Origin: Candidatus Nomurabacteria bacterium
GTDB taxonomy: Bacteria; Patescibacteriota; Minisyncoccia; Phycocordibacterales; UBA9973
Direction: 5' to 3'
Assembly: GCA_043758875.1 (NCBI GenBank)
Contig: JAYVMR010000020.1
Span: 1 to 62,752 of the forward strand
DNA length: 62,752 nucleotides
Part shown: one piece after another, positions 1 through 8,974 of the stretch
Numbering within the stretch: the first letter of the stretch is position 1
How the letters are laid out: each line of letters begins with the position of its first letter
Notes under the pieces: generated by a model
Told to the model about the DNA's origin: nothing
The model's input: the letters and a program-made list of their open reading frames with translations, nothing else
The model's database searches: none
Position numbers and translations under genes: made by a program

Positions 1-33
1 CAAAATTCCTAAGGTTAAACCTTAGGAATTTTG
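1..33. repeat. Perfect palindrome at window edge (16-nt arms, 1-nt centre)
   Basis: caaaattcctaaggtt-a-aaccttaggaattttg read directly; lies 3' of the minus-strand kinase-like gene; may continue beyond the window. Confidence 0.8.
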
Positions 34-66
34 CTTTTGTGCGCCGGGCATCAAACAGCCGCATTC

Positions 67-88
67 TAGCTAGGTCAGACCTAGCTAC
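67..88. repeat. 22-nt palindromic repeat, copy 1 (tagctaggtcagacctagctac)
   Basis: Identical 22-mer recurs at 3491-3512; arms tagctaggtc/gacctagcta are self-complementary. Confidence 0.85.
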
Positions 89-99
89 GCAAATAGGTA

Positions 100-618
100 C
101 TAAAGTACCGCCTTCAAATCATCGAGTATCGCCTTAACTATTTCTTCTGACGTAAATTCTTCAGTATTAAATACTTTTCCTGCAGTAAACTTATTATTTT
201 CCCATGTCTCGAGATTCTTCATAATCCTCTCCTGAGGAACAGGGTTTCTTCCTGCTGGTACTGGGCGTGCAGCAATACGTTCGAGTAGGACCTCTCTAGA
301 AGCCTCAAGTTGATATACAAATACTTCAAGGTTATGCTCTTTTGCAAATGACATATAAGGATCCATATATTCCTTCTTCCAAAATCCTTGAGGGAGAAGT
401 ATATTGATTCCTTGTCGCACATACTCTTTACACATTTGCATCAGCACTGCCGCCGCAATTGCATTGTCCCACTCCCCGCGTTCAAAGTCAGAAATAAAGA
501 ATTTGATTGCGTCGGTACTAAGGATTGCTGTGCGGGGAAGCTCCTTGTGGAGCAATCGTCCGATAGTGGTCTTTCCTGAACCCATAGGGCCGTCAATAAG
601 AATCATAAAATGTTTCAT
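100..618 (-). CDS. P-loop NTPase / kinase-like protein (substrate unknown)
   Basis: 172-aa ORF; Walker A GPMGSGKTT near the N-terminus; size and layout of small AAA/zeta-toxin/phosphotransferase-type kinases. Confidence 0.7.
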   Translation of the reverse strand: MKHFMILIDGPMGSGKTTIGRLLHKELPRTAILSTDAIKFFISDFERGEWDNAIAAAVLMQMCKEYVRQGINILLPQGFWKKEYMDPYMSFAKEHNLEVFVYQLEASREVLLERIAARPVPAGRNPVPQERIMKNLETWENNKFTAGKVFNTEEFTSEEIVKAILDDLKAVL

Positions 619-660
619 AAATTTAGTATAGCATCTCGAATGTTCTCTAAGATTTTAGAT

Positions 661-693
661 AAAAAAATGACCAAACCCTTTCGGTTTGGTCAT
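661..693 (-). terminator. Rho-independent terminator of the 702-1292 gene
   Basis: 11-bp stem atgaccaaacc/ggtttggtcat with loop ctttc; an A7 run on the plus strand gives a U-run on the minus transcript. Confidence 0.7.
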
Positions 694-701
694 GAATCTA
701 T

Positions 702-1292
702 TTAACAGGAAGGCTCCCAGCCGTCCCATGGATCACATACATATGGATAAGCAGGATTTTTTACCTCTTTTCCTTTGTGCTGATCCAGAAATGCAATATG
801 CTGGTCAATATCCTCCTCTGTCACGGGCGGGCGATCCCACTCGTTGCAAATGAACGTTCTATTGATCATGTGGCGAATCCATTCCCTATATCTTTTCATT
901 GCACTAGGCTCGTCTGATTTTGACAAGAGTGTTATTCTGGTGGTTACTATTTGTTTTGTTAATGCAGAAGGCTCCTTTGAGGAAGTGAGAACGACATTAT
1001 CCCCCAGATAGAATACGTCTCCAAAATTAAACACCTCTCTCCCATACAAACTAAAGCCCTCACAATGGATAAAAATGTATGGCTCCAAGCCGTGTTCTGG
1101 AAAATTTTTATCAAATCCAACAGGCCTGTTTCTCTTGTAATGGAAAGATTGAAACCGAACCTTCTTACTGGTCGGCTTAATATCTCCTTGTGCCCTTTCA
1201 AACATAACAATGCCATCTGCTGTCATGTTATTCAGGTGATCTTTAATAATATTAACAGTCGTACTGCCGAGAACTAGTTTTCTATATTTCAT
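702..1292 (-). CDS. Hypothetical protein
   Basis: ORF taken from the internal ATG (MKYRKLVLG...); the longer 248-aa form overlaps the divergent PHP gene start; no recognisable motif. Confidence 0.55.
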   Translation of the reverse strand: MKYRKLVLGSTTVNIIKDHLNNMTADGIVMFERAQGDIKPTSKKVRFQSFHYKRNRPVGFDKNFPEHGLEPYIFIHCEGFSLYGREVFNFGDVFYLGDNVVLTSSKEPSALTKQIVTTRITLLSKSDEPSAMKRYREWIRHMINRTFICNEWDRPPVTEEDIDQHIAFLDQHKGKEVKNPAYPYVCDPWDGWEPSC

Positions 1293-1360
1293 TTTTCGAG
1301 TTTTCTTTATTTTACATTTAAAATGTATAAAGTCAATAGTAGAATAAGGCCTTATTACTA

Positions 1361-1366
1361 TAGAAT
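1361..1366 (+). promoter_or_regulatory. -10 box (TAGAAT) ending 6 nt before the ATG of the PHP gene
   Basis: tagaat-attggt-ATG; same spacing as 12 other genes in the window. Confidence 0.5.
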
Positions 1367-1372
1367 ATTGGT

Positions 1373-2260
1373 ATGAAAATAGACCTCCAAATGCACACAA
1401 ACTATTCAGATGGACAGAACAGTCCCGAGGAGCTTGCAAAACTTGCACACGAAGGCGGACTAAATGTTATCTCCGCCACCGAGCATGACCGAGTTGATAG
1501 CTATGAGGCAGTTTGTACTGCATGCAAACCGTACGGCATAAAAGTTATTCCTGGGGTTGAGATCAGTACAACACTGAATGGAAAAGCATTGCATGTGCTT
1601 GGGTACAACATTGATACAAAGAACGAGGAGCTTTTGGCATTTCTCCGTGCGACGAATGCATATCGTCGAGATAAGTTTGTCGAAAAGTTCCCAATACTGA
1701 ATGAGAACCTCAGAACGGCTGGAAAACAGGAGGCTGACATAGAACAATTCAAAAATCTGGATGCACGATACTATAGTTTTCCAGGACTCGCTGACTTTCT
1801 TGCTGAGCAAGGAATCACTGCGGATAAGCAGGAAGGCTTTTTATATTTTAAGGGAATGCAAGGGACAGTTCCGCCAACCGAGCCAAGGGATGCGTTTGAA
1901 ATAATCCACAAGGCAGGAGGTATTGCGATCTTCAGCCACCCCTTTGCACCAAAAATAGCTATTGCCGAAATTACCGCTGACCGAGCTGAGCAGGAAGCAA
2001 TGGTAGCACAGTTCAAGGAGCAAGGAATGGATGGTCTGGAATGCTATCAGGCAGGACACTCCGAAGAAGATGTTGCATTTTGCTTGATGTTGGCAGAAAA
2101 ATATAATCTTCTCATTACCGCAGGCAGTGACTGGCATGGTTATCATTCGCCAGATGACACTAGTATCCGGAAGTATCTCCCGTTTTATATAAATGCATTG
2201 GGAGACTTGAAGGTCCCGGCAGACAAGGCAGAACAGATTGTAAAAAAATTAGGATATTAA
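1373..2260 (+). CDS. PHP-domain metal-dependent phosphoesterase (TrpH/YciV-like)
   Basis: DLQMHTNYSDG at the N-terminus, ATEHD, and C-terminal GSDWHG, which are typical PHP His/Asp ligand motifs. Confidence 0.85.
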   Translation: MKIDLQMHTNYSDGQNSPEELAKLAHEGGLNVISATEHDRVDSYEAVCTACKPYGIKVIPGVEISTTLNGKALHVLGYNIDTKNEELLAFLRATNAYRRDKFVEKFPILNENLRTAGKQEADIEQFKNLDARYYSFPGLADFLAEQGITADKQEGFLYFKGMQGTVPPTEPRDAFEIIHKAGGIAIFSHPFAPKIAIAEITADRAEQEAMVAQFKEQGMDGLECYQAGHSEEDVAFCLMLAEKYNLLITAGSDWHGYHSPDDTSIRKYLPFYINALGDLKVPADKAEQIVKKLGY

Positions 2261-2271
2261 TTTAAAATAAT

Positions 2272-2299
2272 AAAAAGCCGCAACTACGCTGCGGCTTTT
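2272..2299. terminator. Bidirectional terminator between convergent genes
   Basis: aaaa-agccgca-actacgc-tgcggct-ttt; 7-bp GC-rich stem flanked by an A-run and a T-run. Confidence 0.65.
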
Positions 2300-2309
2300 G
2301 TTTCTTTGC

Positions 2310-2600
2310 TCATAATAATTCGATGTCATACAGGTGAGCTGTCTGGATGAAGCCTTCTTTAGTAAACCTTACAACATTAGAGAATTGCTTCTCGATTTCT
2401 TTAAAGCCTTTCCTCTCATCTTCGTTAAGAAATTTAACGTATTTTACTTTTGCTCTGACGTTGAAATCGGGTGTTTTTTTCAAGAGTTCTATTAGTTCAA
2501 CTTCAATGTCAAAGCCATAACATTCTTTTAGTAGATAGTGCCTACCCGGCACAAACTGCTCAAGGAATTCCTTGGTGTATTCTGTCTTCTTTATTGCCAT
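2310..2600 (-). CDS. Hypothetical protein
   Basis: ORF from ATG (MAIKKTEYTKEF...); a GTG 36 nt upstream is possible; no motif recognised. Confidence 0.5.
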   Translation of the reverse strand: MAIKKTEYTKEFLEQFVPGRHYLLKECYGFDIEVELIELLKKTPDFNVRAKVKYVKFLNEDERKGFKEIEKQFSNVVRFTKEGFIQTAHLYDIELL

Positions 2601-2794
2601 GGTACAGGGTAATTTGTTTCTTTTATATAATAGCACATATACATTGATAAGTCAATGATAGCGTGGTGAATTGTCACTCTAATTGCACAGACATAAAGGA
2701 CTACGATTTGTACTCAATCATTTTATTCTTGAACAAATCGAGAGGATCTTCTAGTACGCAGCACTGGATCGAAATATCACAAACAGTGTATGGA

Positions 2795-2803
2795 TGATAT
2801 AAT
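2795..2803 (+). promoter_or_regulatory. Extended -10 (TGaTATAAT) 8 nt upstream of ATG 2812
   Basis: tgatataat-caccttat-ATG. Confidence 0.5.
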
Positions 2804-2811
2804 CACCTTAT

Positions 2812-3489
2812 ATGAAAATACTGATAACTGGTTCAGAAGGAACGATTGGTAAAGTGGTAGTAGATGAGTTGGAGAAACAAGGCCATGAAGTCATAGTCAT
2901 TGATCTTCACGATTCACATCCTATCGATATTCTGAATGAAAACATTGATGAATTATTTATTGATGTGGAGACAGTAATCCACCTTGCAGCAAACCCAAGT
3001 CAGTTTATTGATAAAGAAACTGCTCATAAAAATGTCATGATGGCTGAGAAAGTGTTAGAAGCAACAAAATCTAGTGATAAGATTAAGCGCATAATCAACG
3101 CCAGTTCTATAAACGTTTATCCTTATTTTGAAATGTATAAAAACAAAGAAACAATAACAAGAGATACAACACTTTCTCCAAATTTGTTTTGGCCACCTGG
3201 TGAATATGCTAGGGCTAAAATTGAAACTGAACATGTAGTAGAAAACTATTGTAAGGAACATGATCTTGCATGTGTAAACTTGCGGTTTGGTCATGTAGCA
3301 GGAGGCGATGTTATGACTGCGTTTGAAACAGATTGGGAGCAAGATGTTGAGTACAAGACATTTTTAACTCATGTAGATTTGAGAAAGATTATTAATACAA
3401 GTCTCATCTTGCAAGGAATGCATAGCTATCTTTGTATATCAAATAAATCATGGCTTGAAGATGAAAGCATTCTTTTTCCATTGAACTAA
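2812..3489 (+). CDS. NAD(P)-dependent epimerase/dehydratase-type SDR (short form)
   Basis: Rossmann motif ITGSEGTIG at the N-terminus; catalytic YxxxK as YARAK. Confidence 0.75.
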   Translation: MKILITGSEGTIGKVVVDELEKQGHEVIVIDLHDSHPIDILNENIDELFIDVETVIHLAANPSQFIDKETAHKNVMMAEKVLEATKSSDKIKRIINASSINVYPYFEMYKNKETITRDTTLSPNLFWPPGEYARAKIETEHVVENYCKEHDLACVNLRFGHVAGGDVMTAFETDWEQDVEYKTFLTHVDLRKIINTSLILQGMHSYLCISNKSWLEDESILFPLN

Positions 3490-3490
3490 A

Positions 3491-3512
3491 TAGCTAGGTC
3501 AGACCTAGCTAC
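3491..3512. repeat. 22-nt palindromic repeat, copy 2
   Basis: Exact copy of 67-88, starting 2 nt after the epimerase stop codon. Confidence 0.85.
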
Positions 3513-3588
3513 AATCAAGGCAAATAAAAAAAGCCTTTGATATTATCTCCGGCTCCTTGTCGCGTCTTTAATTTTTTTGAAAAAGTTT

Positions 3589-3918
3589 TTATACTTCCGC
3601 GGTAGGGGATATATAAAATCTTTTCCCGTCACACAAAATGTCCATACCTTTGTCGCTGCCCACCCTTACGGGGAAATTGCTGTCTGATCCCATAATATGA
3701 GCAGTAATGACCGATCTCACTTCGCAGTGATCGGATTGTAATAATGTGGACTGCTGCACGCGGTCTATTTGAAACTCCTTGATGTTGAATGAGGTATTGA
3801 TCGGATCAATACCATTAGGTTCATTCTCACTGGGATAAGAGGGAACGCCTTTATCAAAAGATGCGGGTCCTTTGTGTGGGTGATTAACTACCCAGTCCAA
3901 TTTTATTCCTATTCTCAT
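3589..3918 (-). CDS. Hypothetical protein
   Basis: ORF; the shorter start (MRIGIKLDW...) is preferred because the long form would cover the RhuM-Fic promoter at 4010-4018. Confidence 0.4.
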   Translation of the reverse strand: MRIGIKLDWVVNHPHKGPASFDKGVPSYPSENEPNGIDPINTSFNIKEFQIDRVQQSTLLQSDHCEVRSVITAHIMGSDSNFPVRVGSDKGMDILCDGKRFYISPTAEV

Positions 3919-4009
3919 GTTGTTTTTTTTCTTCACCTTACTCCGTCGGGGGATTTTGTCAACAATACCCCCGTAAACATCTTTATTGAGAATCCCACGG
4001 TACCACATC

Positions 4010-4018
4010 TGATATACT
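4010..4018 (+). promoter_or_regulatory. Extended -10 (TGaTATACT) ending 6 nt before ATG 4025
   Basis: tgatatact-aaggtc-ATG. Confidence 0.55.
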
Positions 4019-4024
4019 AAGGTC

Positions 4025-4981
4025 ATGAAAAATACTCCGGTTATTTACCAAGCAAAAAATGGCGCAATTGAATTGCGGGGAGATTTTTCTCATGAGACTG
4101 TGTGGGCTACTCAGGCTCAAATTGCCACAGCGTTTGAAGTAAATGTCCGTACAGTCAATGACCACTTAAAAACCATCTTCAAAAATAACGAATTGAAAGA
4201 AAAATCAGTTATCCGGAAATTCCGGATAACTGCCCGGGATGGCAAGATATATGATACAAATCACTATAATTTAGACGTCATTATTGCAGTGGGGTATAGA
4301 GTAAATTCAAAAACTGCAACTCAATTTCGTATTTGGGCTACAAAAACACTTAAGGAGCATATTATGAAGGGGTACACTATTAATCGTAAACAGATTAGTA
4401 AAAATTATGACGCCTTTTTACAATCAGTATCGGATATTCAAGCATTGCTTCCAGAACGTATTGTAGTAGACCCAAAAATGGTCATTGATTTGATAAAAGA
4501 GTTTGCTACGACCTGGATATCTCTTGATGCGTATGACAAGGAGTCATTACAAAGAATCGGTGTAACGAAAAAAATAATTAAACTGACAGGAATTGAACTG
4601 TGGGCCGCTATTACAAATCTTCGTAATGAACTAATGAAGAAAGAGGAAGCTACGGAGATATTTGCTCAAGAAAGAAAAAACGGCAGCGTTGAAGGAATTG
4701 TGGGAAATGTGATGCAGTCCTTCGCAGGAAAACCGCTGTATGCAACAGTGGAAGAAAAAGCCGCCCACCTTTTGTATTTCATGGTAAAAGACCATCCTTT
4801 TGTTGATGGCAATAAACGTTCGGGCGCGTTCGCGTTTGTGTGGTTTTTGCGAAAGTCGGGGATAAAAGGACAGAAGAATATCAATCCCGCAACACTAACG
4901 ACCTTGACGCTATTAATTGCCGAAAGCGATCCAAAAAAGAAAGATCAGATGATTGCCCTTATTACCCAATTGTTGCGATAG
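4025..4981 (+). CDS. RhuM-family N-terminal domain fused to a Fic/Doc domain
   Basis: N-terminus VIYQAKNGAIELRGD...ETVWATQAQIA...NLDVIIAVGYRVNS is RhuM-like; C-terminus carries HPFVDGNKRSG (4793-4825), the Doc-type variant of the Fic motif. Confidence 0.8.
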   Translation: MKNTPVIYQAKNGAIELRGDFSHETVWATQAQIATAFEVNVRTVNDHLKTIFKNNELKEKSVIRKFRITARDGKIYDTNHYNLDVIIAVGYRVNSKTATQFRIWATKTLKEHIMKGYTINRKQISKNYDAFLQSVSDIQALLPERIVVDPKMVIDLIKEFATTWISLDAYDKESLQRIGVTKKIIKLTGIELWAAITNLRNELMKKEEATEIFAQERKNGSVEGIVGNVMQSFAGKPLYATVEEKAAHLLYFMVKDHPFVDGNKRSGAFAFVWFLRKSGIKGQKNINPATLTTLTLLIAESDPKKKDQMIALITQLLR

Positions 4982-5073
4982 GATATCTTACTTATTTGCC
5001 CTCATATTCAAGTTACAAGCATACTAAAATAGCTTCTATATATGCTATTATATAGGCAACTCTCGTCATTACT

Positions 5074-6375
5074 ATGCCGCGTCATTATCATAAAAAAATA
5101 ACGTCTCTTATGGAATCCCGGTATAAGATCGGCATATATTTTGTCGGTGGACTCATCATACTTTTTATTCTTGCTGTCGGGATTGCCCAAGCTCATTTTT
5201 TTCATAAAAAAACGGCGGCAGGAGCAGCTGTTCCCGTGGCTTCCGATGCCGTGATCTCGCCTGATTCTGCCGCGACCGATACCAGCATTGCTTCCGACAC
5301 TGCCGTGATCGGTACCGGGCAAGTTTCCGCGCTCAGCCATGTCAGCATCGCGCCGATCATCACCGGGCAAATCGCCGCAGTGTCCGTGCAGGAAGGACAA
5401 AAAGTAAAAAAAGGACAAGTGCTTTTTTCCTACGATACCGCTGATGCAAAAAAGAGCCTTCGTGATGCCGAGGTCAATGTTCAAAATGCCGCAGTAAATC
5501 TACGGGCTGTTATTGCGCAAAATCAGTCGCTCCAAGATGATCTGGCATTGGCGGTAAAAAGCAGCTATCAAGATCTATTGAACTCAACCATCGAAACGTT
5601 GCCCGTGGCTGTTCCGATTGATTTACCGGCACCGACCATTACCGGCAACTATACGTTAGGGAAGCCAGGAGATATTATTATTACCGCCTATGCTTCTATA
5701 AACGGCATCTCGTTTACTACCAGCGGATTGGTCACTGCCACTGGCACAGTGCGGGCCGGCGCTCCCGAGCCTCTGGACAGTTCCGGACTGTTTATTACCT
5801 TCGCCGCAGTTGACCCTTTATTGACTGGCACTAAATGGGTCATTCATATTCCTAACCTCAAAGCGTCCAATTATCTTGCTAACTACAATAAATACCAATC
5901 TACCCTGAGAGACGTGCAAAAAAATACTAGCACCGGCAGCGCTTCCGCAGTTGCATTGCAGGCCGCTCAAGTGACATTGCAACAAAGTCAAAACCAACTA
6001 CTGGATGCGCAAAAGACATTGAATGACACTACTATTACTGCGCCGTTTGACGGCATTGTCACGACTATGTCAGTGGCACCGGGGCAATTTTCCAGCACTG
6101 GCAGCGAATTGGCGACCATGGCAAGCAACAAACAAGATGCGATGGTATTGATCAATGAAAACGATATCGCCAAAGTCAAAGTCGGACAAAAGGCAACATT
6201 GAAATTTGATGCCATTGACGGATTGACGCTTACGGGGCAGGTCAGCGAGATCGATACTGCTGGTACTACGTCACAAGGCACTACCTCATATGGCGTAAAA
6301 ATATCTTTTCTTACTCAGGACCCTCGGGTCAAAATAGGCATGAGTACCACTGCCACTATAAGTATTGGACAATAA
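5074..6375 (+). CDS. HlyD-family membrane-fusion (periplasmic adaptor) protein
   Basis: N-terminal TM segment; lipoyl-like hairpin halves ITGQIAAVSVQEGQKVKKGQVLF and ITAPFDGIVTTMSVAPGQ; long coiled region between them. Confidence 0.75.
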   Translation: MPRHYHKKITSLMESRYKIGIYFVGGLIILFILAVGIAQAHFFHKKTAAGAAVPVASDAVISPDSAATDTSIASDTAVIGTGQVSALSHVSIAPIITGQIAAVSVQEGQKVKKGQVLFSYDTADAKKSLRDAEVNVQNAAVNLRAVIAQNQSLQDDLALAVKSSYQDLLNSTIETLPVAVPIDLPAPTITGNYTLGKPGDIIITAYASINGISFTTSGLVTATGTVRAGAPEPLDSSGLFITFAAVDPLLTGTKWVIHIPNLKASNYLANYNKYQSTLRDVQKNTSTGSASAVALQAAQVTLQQSQNQLLDAQKTLNDTTITAPFDGIVTTMSVAPGQFSSTGSELATMASNKQDAMVLINENDIAKVKVGQKATLKFDAIDGLTLTGQVSEIDTAGTTSQGTTSYGVKISFLTQDPRVKIGMSTTATISIGQ

Positions 6376-6383
6376 AAAACCAT

Positions 6384-7235
6384 ATGAAATTTTTTACACT
6401 CGTACCACTTATTATATTGATCGAAATCTTTTACGGAATGGGTATTACCGCTCGTACGACTCCGTCACCCGCGGTTGCTCATTCTGTGCAACCTGTTTCT
6501 TTTCTGGCACTGCTCTCGCAGCAATCTTCTCGGCTGTTGGCCCAAGCCATCGATGCCAGTCCTGAGCCCGACTCTGCACCAACCACTACCCCCGAAGGAG
6601 CCAATCAATCACCGGCGTCGCAGGCGATCGATCCCGCCGTAGCGGATTCCGCCACTCCCGCCAATACTCCTTCGTCTGATACACCCACTCCTCCTTCTGA
6701 CACCCCCTCAGCGGTTACTTCTACTGCCACTATCCCTACAGATACTGCTTCATCTGATACATCAGCACAGATTCCTATTGTGTCTGATGCCCCCGCTACT
6801 TCCTCGAAGGATATCTCTTTGACTATTCCTACTGTCACCGATATCGCTTCACCTGATGCAGTCATACCGGCTCTGCCGGTAAGTCAGGATGTAGTCGCTG
6901 TGGCTCAGCAAGAGACGGCAGCAGTAGAGAATGCTCCATCGACTGTTGAAAAAAGTAATCTCATCGTTGCGTTTGCTGACAATACAGTCAACGAGATCAC
7001 CACCTTGACTCAAAACAATGACTACTCAACGGCCGGCTATGCCTTGCAGCAGTTATCAGATCAGGTCACGGCCTTAGCGACCGCACAGCCCGCTGTACAA
7101 AACACAGCAGTGAGCGAAAAAATTCAAGCATTCAAACAAGAAGCTGATTCATCGTTGCGAACGGCTCAGTTGGTCCTGCCTGAAAACCAAGAACAAGAGG
7201 CAGAAATTATTCGAGGAAAGCTGCTCGGGCTATAA
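6384..7235 (+). CDS. Secreted or membrane-anchored Pro/Ser/Thr/Ala-rich protein
   Basis: Hydrophobic N-terminus, low-complexity PST-rich middle, helical C-terminal part. Confidence 0.6.
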   Translation: MKFFTLVPLIILIEIFYGMGITARTTPSPAVAHSVQPVSFLALLSQQSSRLLAQAIDASPEPDSAPTTTPEGANQSPASQAIDPAVADSATPANTPSSDTPTPPSDTPSAVTSTATIPTDTASSDTSAQIPIVSDAPATSSKDISLTIPTVTDIASPDAVIPALPVSQDVVAVAQQETAAVENAPSTVEKSNLIVAFADNTVNEITTLTQNNDYSTAGYALQQLSDQVTALATAQPAVQNTAVSEKIQAFKQEADSSLRTAQLVLPENQEQEAEIIRGKLLGL

Positions 7236-7252
7236 ATAATCGAGTATATAGA

Positions 7253-8938
7253 ATGAAATTCCATTTGCCAAAAAAAGATAGTTTTAGAAAAGCCTTTAAG
7301 AAAAGAAAGGCGATACTGATCGTTGCCAGCGCGATAATGATACTGTTTTTCATCGAAGACGCGCTCTTTACCATAAATGCTCTTTCGCACGGTCCGGCTA
7401 TCGGAATGAAGCTCAATGGTCAACGAGTGGGAGGATGGTCTCCGACCATATTAAAAGGAGAAATTTCACGCCAAGCATCACAGCCGCTGTTGCTGCAGTA
7501 CCAGGAGCATATTTACAGTATTACCAGCGGGGATGTGAATGCAAAAGTGAACACTGATGAAGTCATGAGGCAGTTGTTACGTCCGGGACATGAGGGCGGC
7601 ATCTTCTCTCGCATCATTGAACAAAACCAAGCCTTGTTGGGATATAGGAACGTCAGCCTGACGGGCTCGATGTCCGCACAAGCACTGTCACGATCGGTGG
7701 CGATGATCCAGCAGCAAGTAGCCGAGGACCCGACGGTCACTGTTTCGGATATTGCCCATCCTGCCACGGCTCAGGTCATTGAAAAAAATGGAGTGACTAT
7801 CGATACTGCCAAAACCGCCGCCATTATTTCTCATGCTATCTTGAACCCGACTAAGAAACCGATAGCGATACCGGTCGTGGCCATAGTGCCGGTATATACT
7901 GACAAAGAGCGAGAGTTAAAAAAAATAACACTCGAAGCGGCCACGTTGACCAAGGCGCCGTTATCGATCAGAAGCGGTGTCGATGTCCTGACCTTGTCGC
8001 CGAAACAATTGCAAGACATGCTGGTCATTGAATCAAAACCGGACGAAACGGATCCTACCAAATCCCGCTATGTGTTGCGTTTTAATACCATCCTGCTCAA
8101 TCAAACATTGGGAGACTTCGCGGCGATAGTGGAAGGGCACACCCAAGCGGAATTTGCCGATCATGATGCGCGTATTGCCATCTATAGTCAGTTCTTTTCC
8201 GGCCGGCGCACGCTCATCGACATTCCGACTGGCAACAACGTGGCGTTACGAAAAGAACTCGTGGCGGCAGGATTAAAAACAGCTCCGATTGTCGCTACGC
8301 TCACGGCGTCACCGGAGAGTAGTTCTTCCAGCGCTCCCTCATTCTTTGCGGCAACTGCACACGCTCAATTTTCACCGTTTGGCCAACATCAAAAAACGGT
8401 GTATCTGACGTTTGATGACGGACCAAATGCCATTTACCATCCGCTCATTCTTGATATTTTGAAAAAATACAATGTCAAAGCAACTTTTTTCCTGGTGGGC
8501 GATAATATAAAAAAATATGAGACTATAGCAAAGCGGACCGTGGCTGAAGGACACACTATTGGCAACCACACGATGACGCATGCTTTTCTCCCTAAATTAT
8601 CAAATGCCGATATCAATAAAGAAATAACCATGGCGACGATGACCATGCAATCGACATTAGGAATTTCCGGCAAATTATTCCGACCGCCGTACGGAGGGGT
8701 CAACACAGACGTAAAAAATGACAGTAAGAATTTAAACCTTGAACTCACTTTGTGGGATGTTGATCCTCGAGATTGGTCAGAACCTACCACTGATGAATTG
8801 GTAAAAAGAGTGATCAGTCATGCTTACAATGGGGCTGATATTCTTATGCACTCCAATCACCAATCCACTGTAAATGCTTTGCCGATCATTATTGAAAAAC
8901 TTCTGGCACAAGGGTATACTTTTAAAACGTTACAATAA
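7253..8938 (+). CDS. Membrane-anchored polysaccharide deacetylase (NodB/CE4 domain)
   Basis: N-terminal TM segment; C-terminal TFDDGP, HTIGNHTMTH and FRPPYGG motifs. Confidence 0.85.
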   Translation: MKFHLPKKDSFRKAFKKRKAILIVASAIMILFFIEDALFTINALSHGPAIGMKLNGQRVGGWSPTILKGEISRQASQPLLLQYQEHIYSITSGDVNAKVNTDEVMRQLLRPGHEGGIFSRIIEQNQALLGYRNVSLTGSMSAQALSRSVAMIQQQVAEDPTVTVSDIAHPATAQVIEKNGVTIDTAKTAAIISHAILNPTKKPIAIPVVAIVPVYTDKERELKKITLEAATLTKAPLSIRSGVDVLTLSPKQLQDMLVIESKPDETDPTKSRYVLRFNTILLNQTLGDFAAIVEGHTQAEFADHDARIAIYSQFFSGRRTLIDIPTGNNVALRKELVAAGLKTAPIVATLTASPESSSSSAPSFFAATAHAQFSPFGQHQKTVYLTFDDGPNAIYHPLILDILKKYNVKATFFLVGDNIKKYETIAKRTVAEGHTIGNHTMTHAFLPKLSNADINKEITMATMTMQSTLGISGKLFRPPYGGVNTDVKNDSKNLNLELTLWDVDPRDWSEPTTDELVKRVISHAYNGADILMHSNHQSTVNALPIIIEKLLAQGYTFKTLQ

Positions 8939-8974
8939 TATATCTATTTGCAATAGCGGCATTTCTTCGTTACT

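Noticed and set aside
702-1448. Longer N-terminal versions of several track ORFs: 702-1448, 2310-2636, 3589-4026, 9822-10196, 29231-30073, 37705-38340, 38131-39522, 49946-52183, 45212-45421 and 59442-62423.
   Set aside because: The extensions overlap divergent genes or promoters, or precede a conserved N-terminus or signal peptide. Examples are MKLLIVESPSK for topA, MAQQNL for L33 and MKNLLRTSLSAV for the Fn3 protein. Internal ATGs with -10 boxes fit better.
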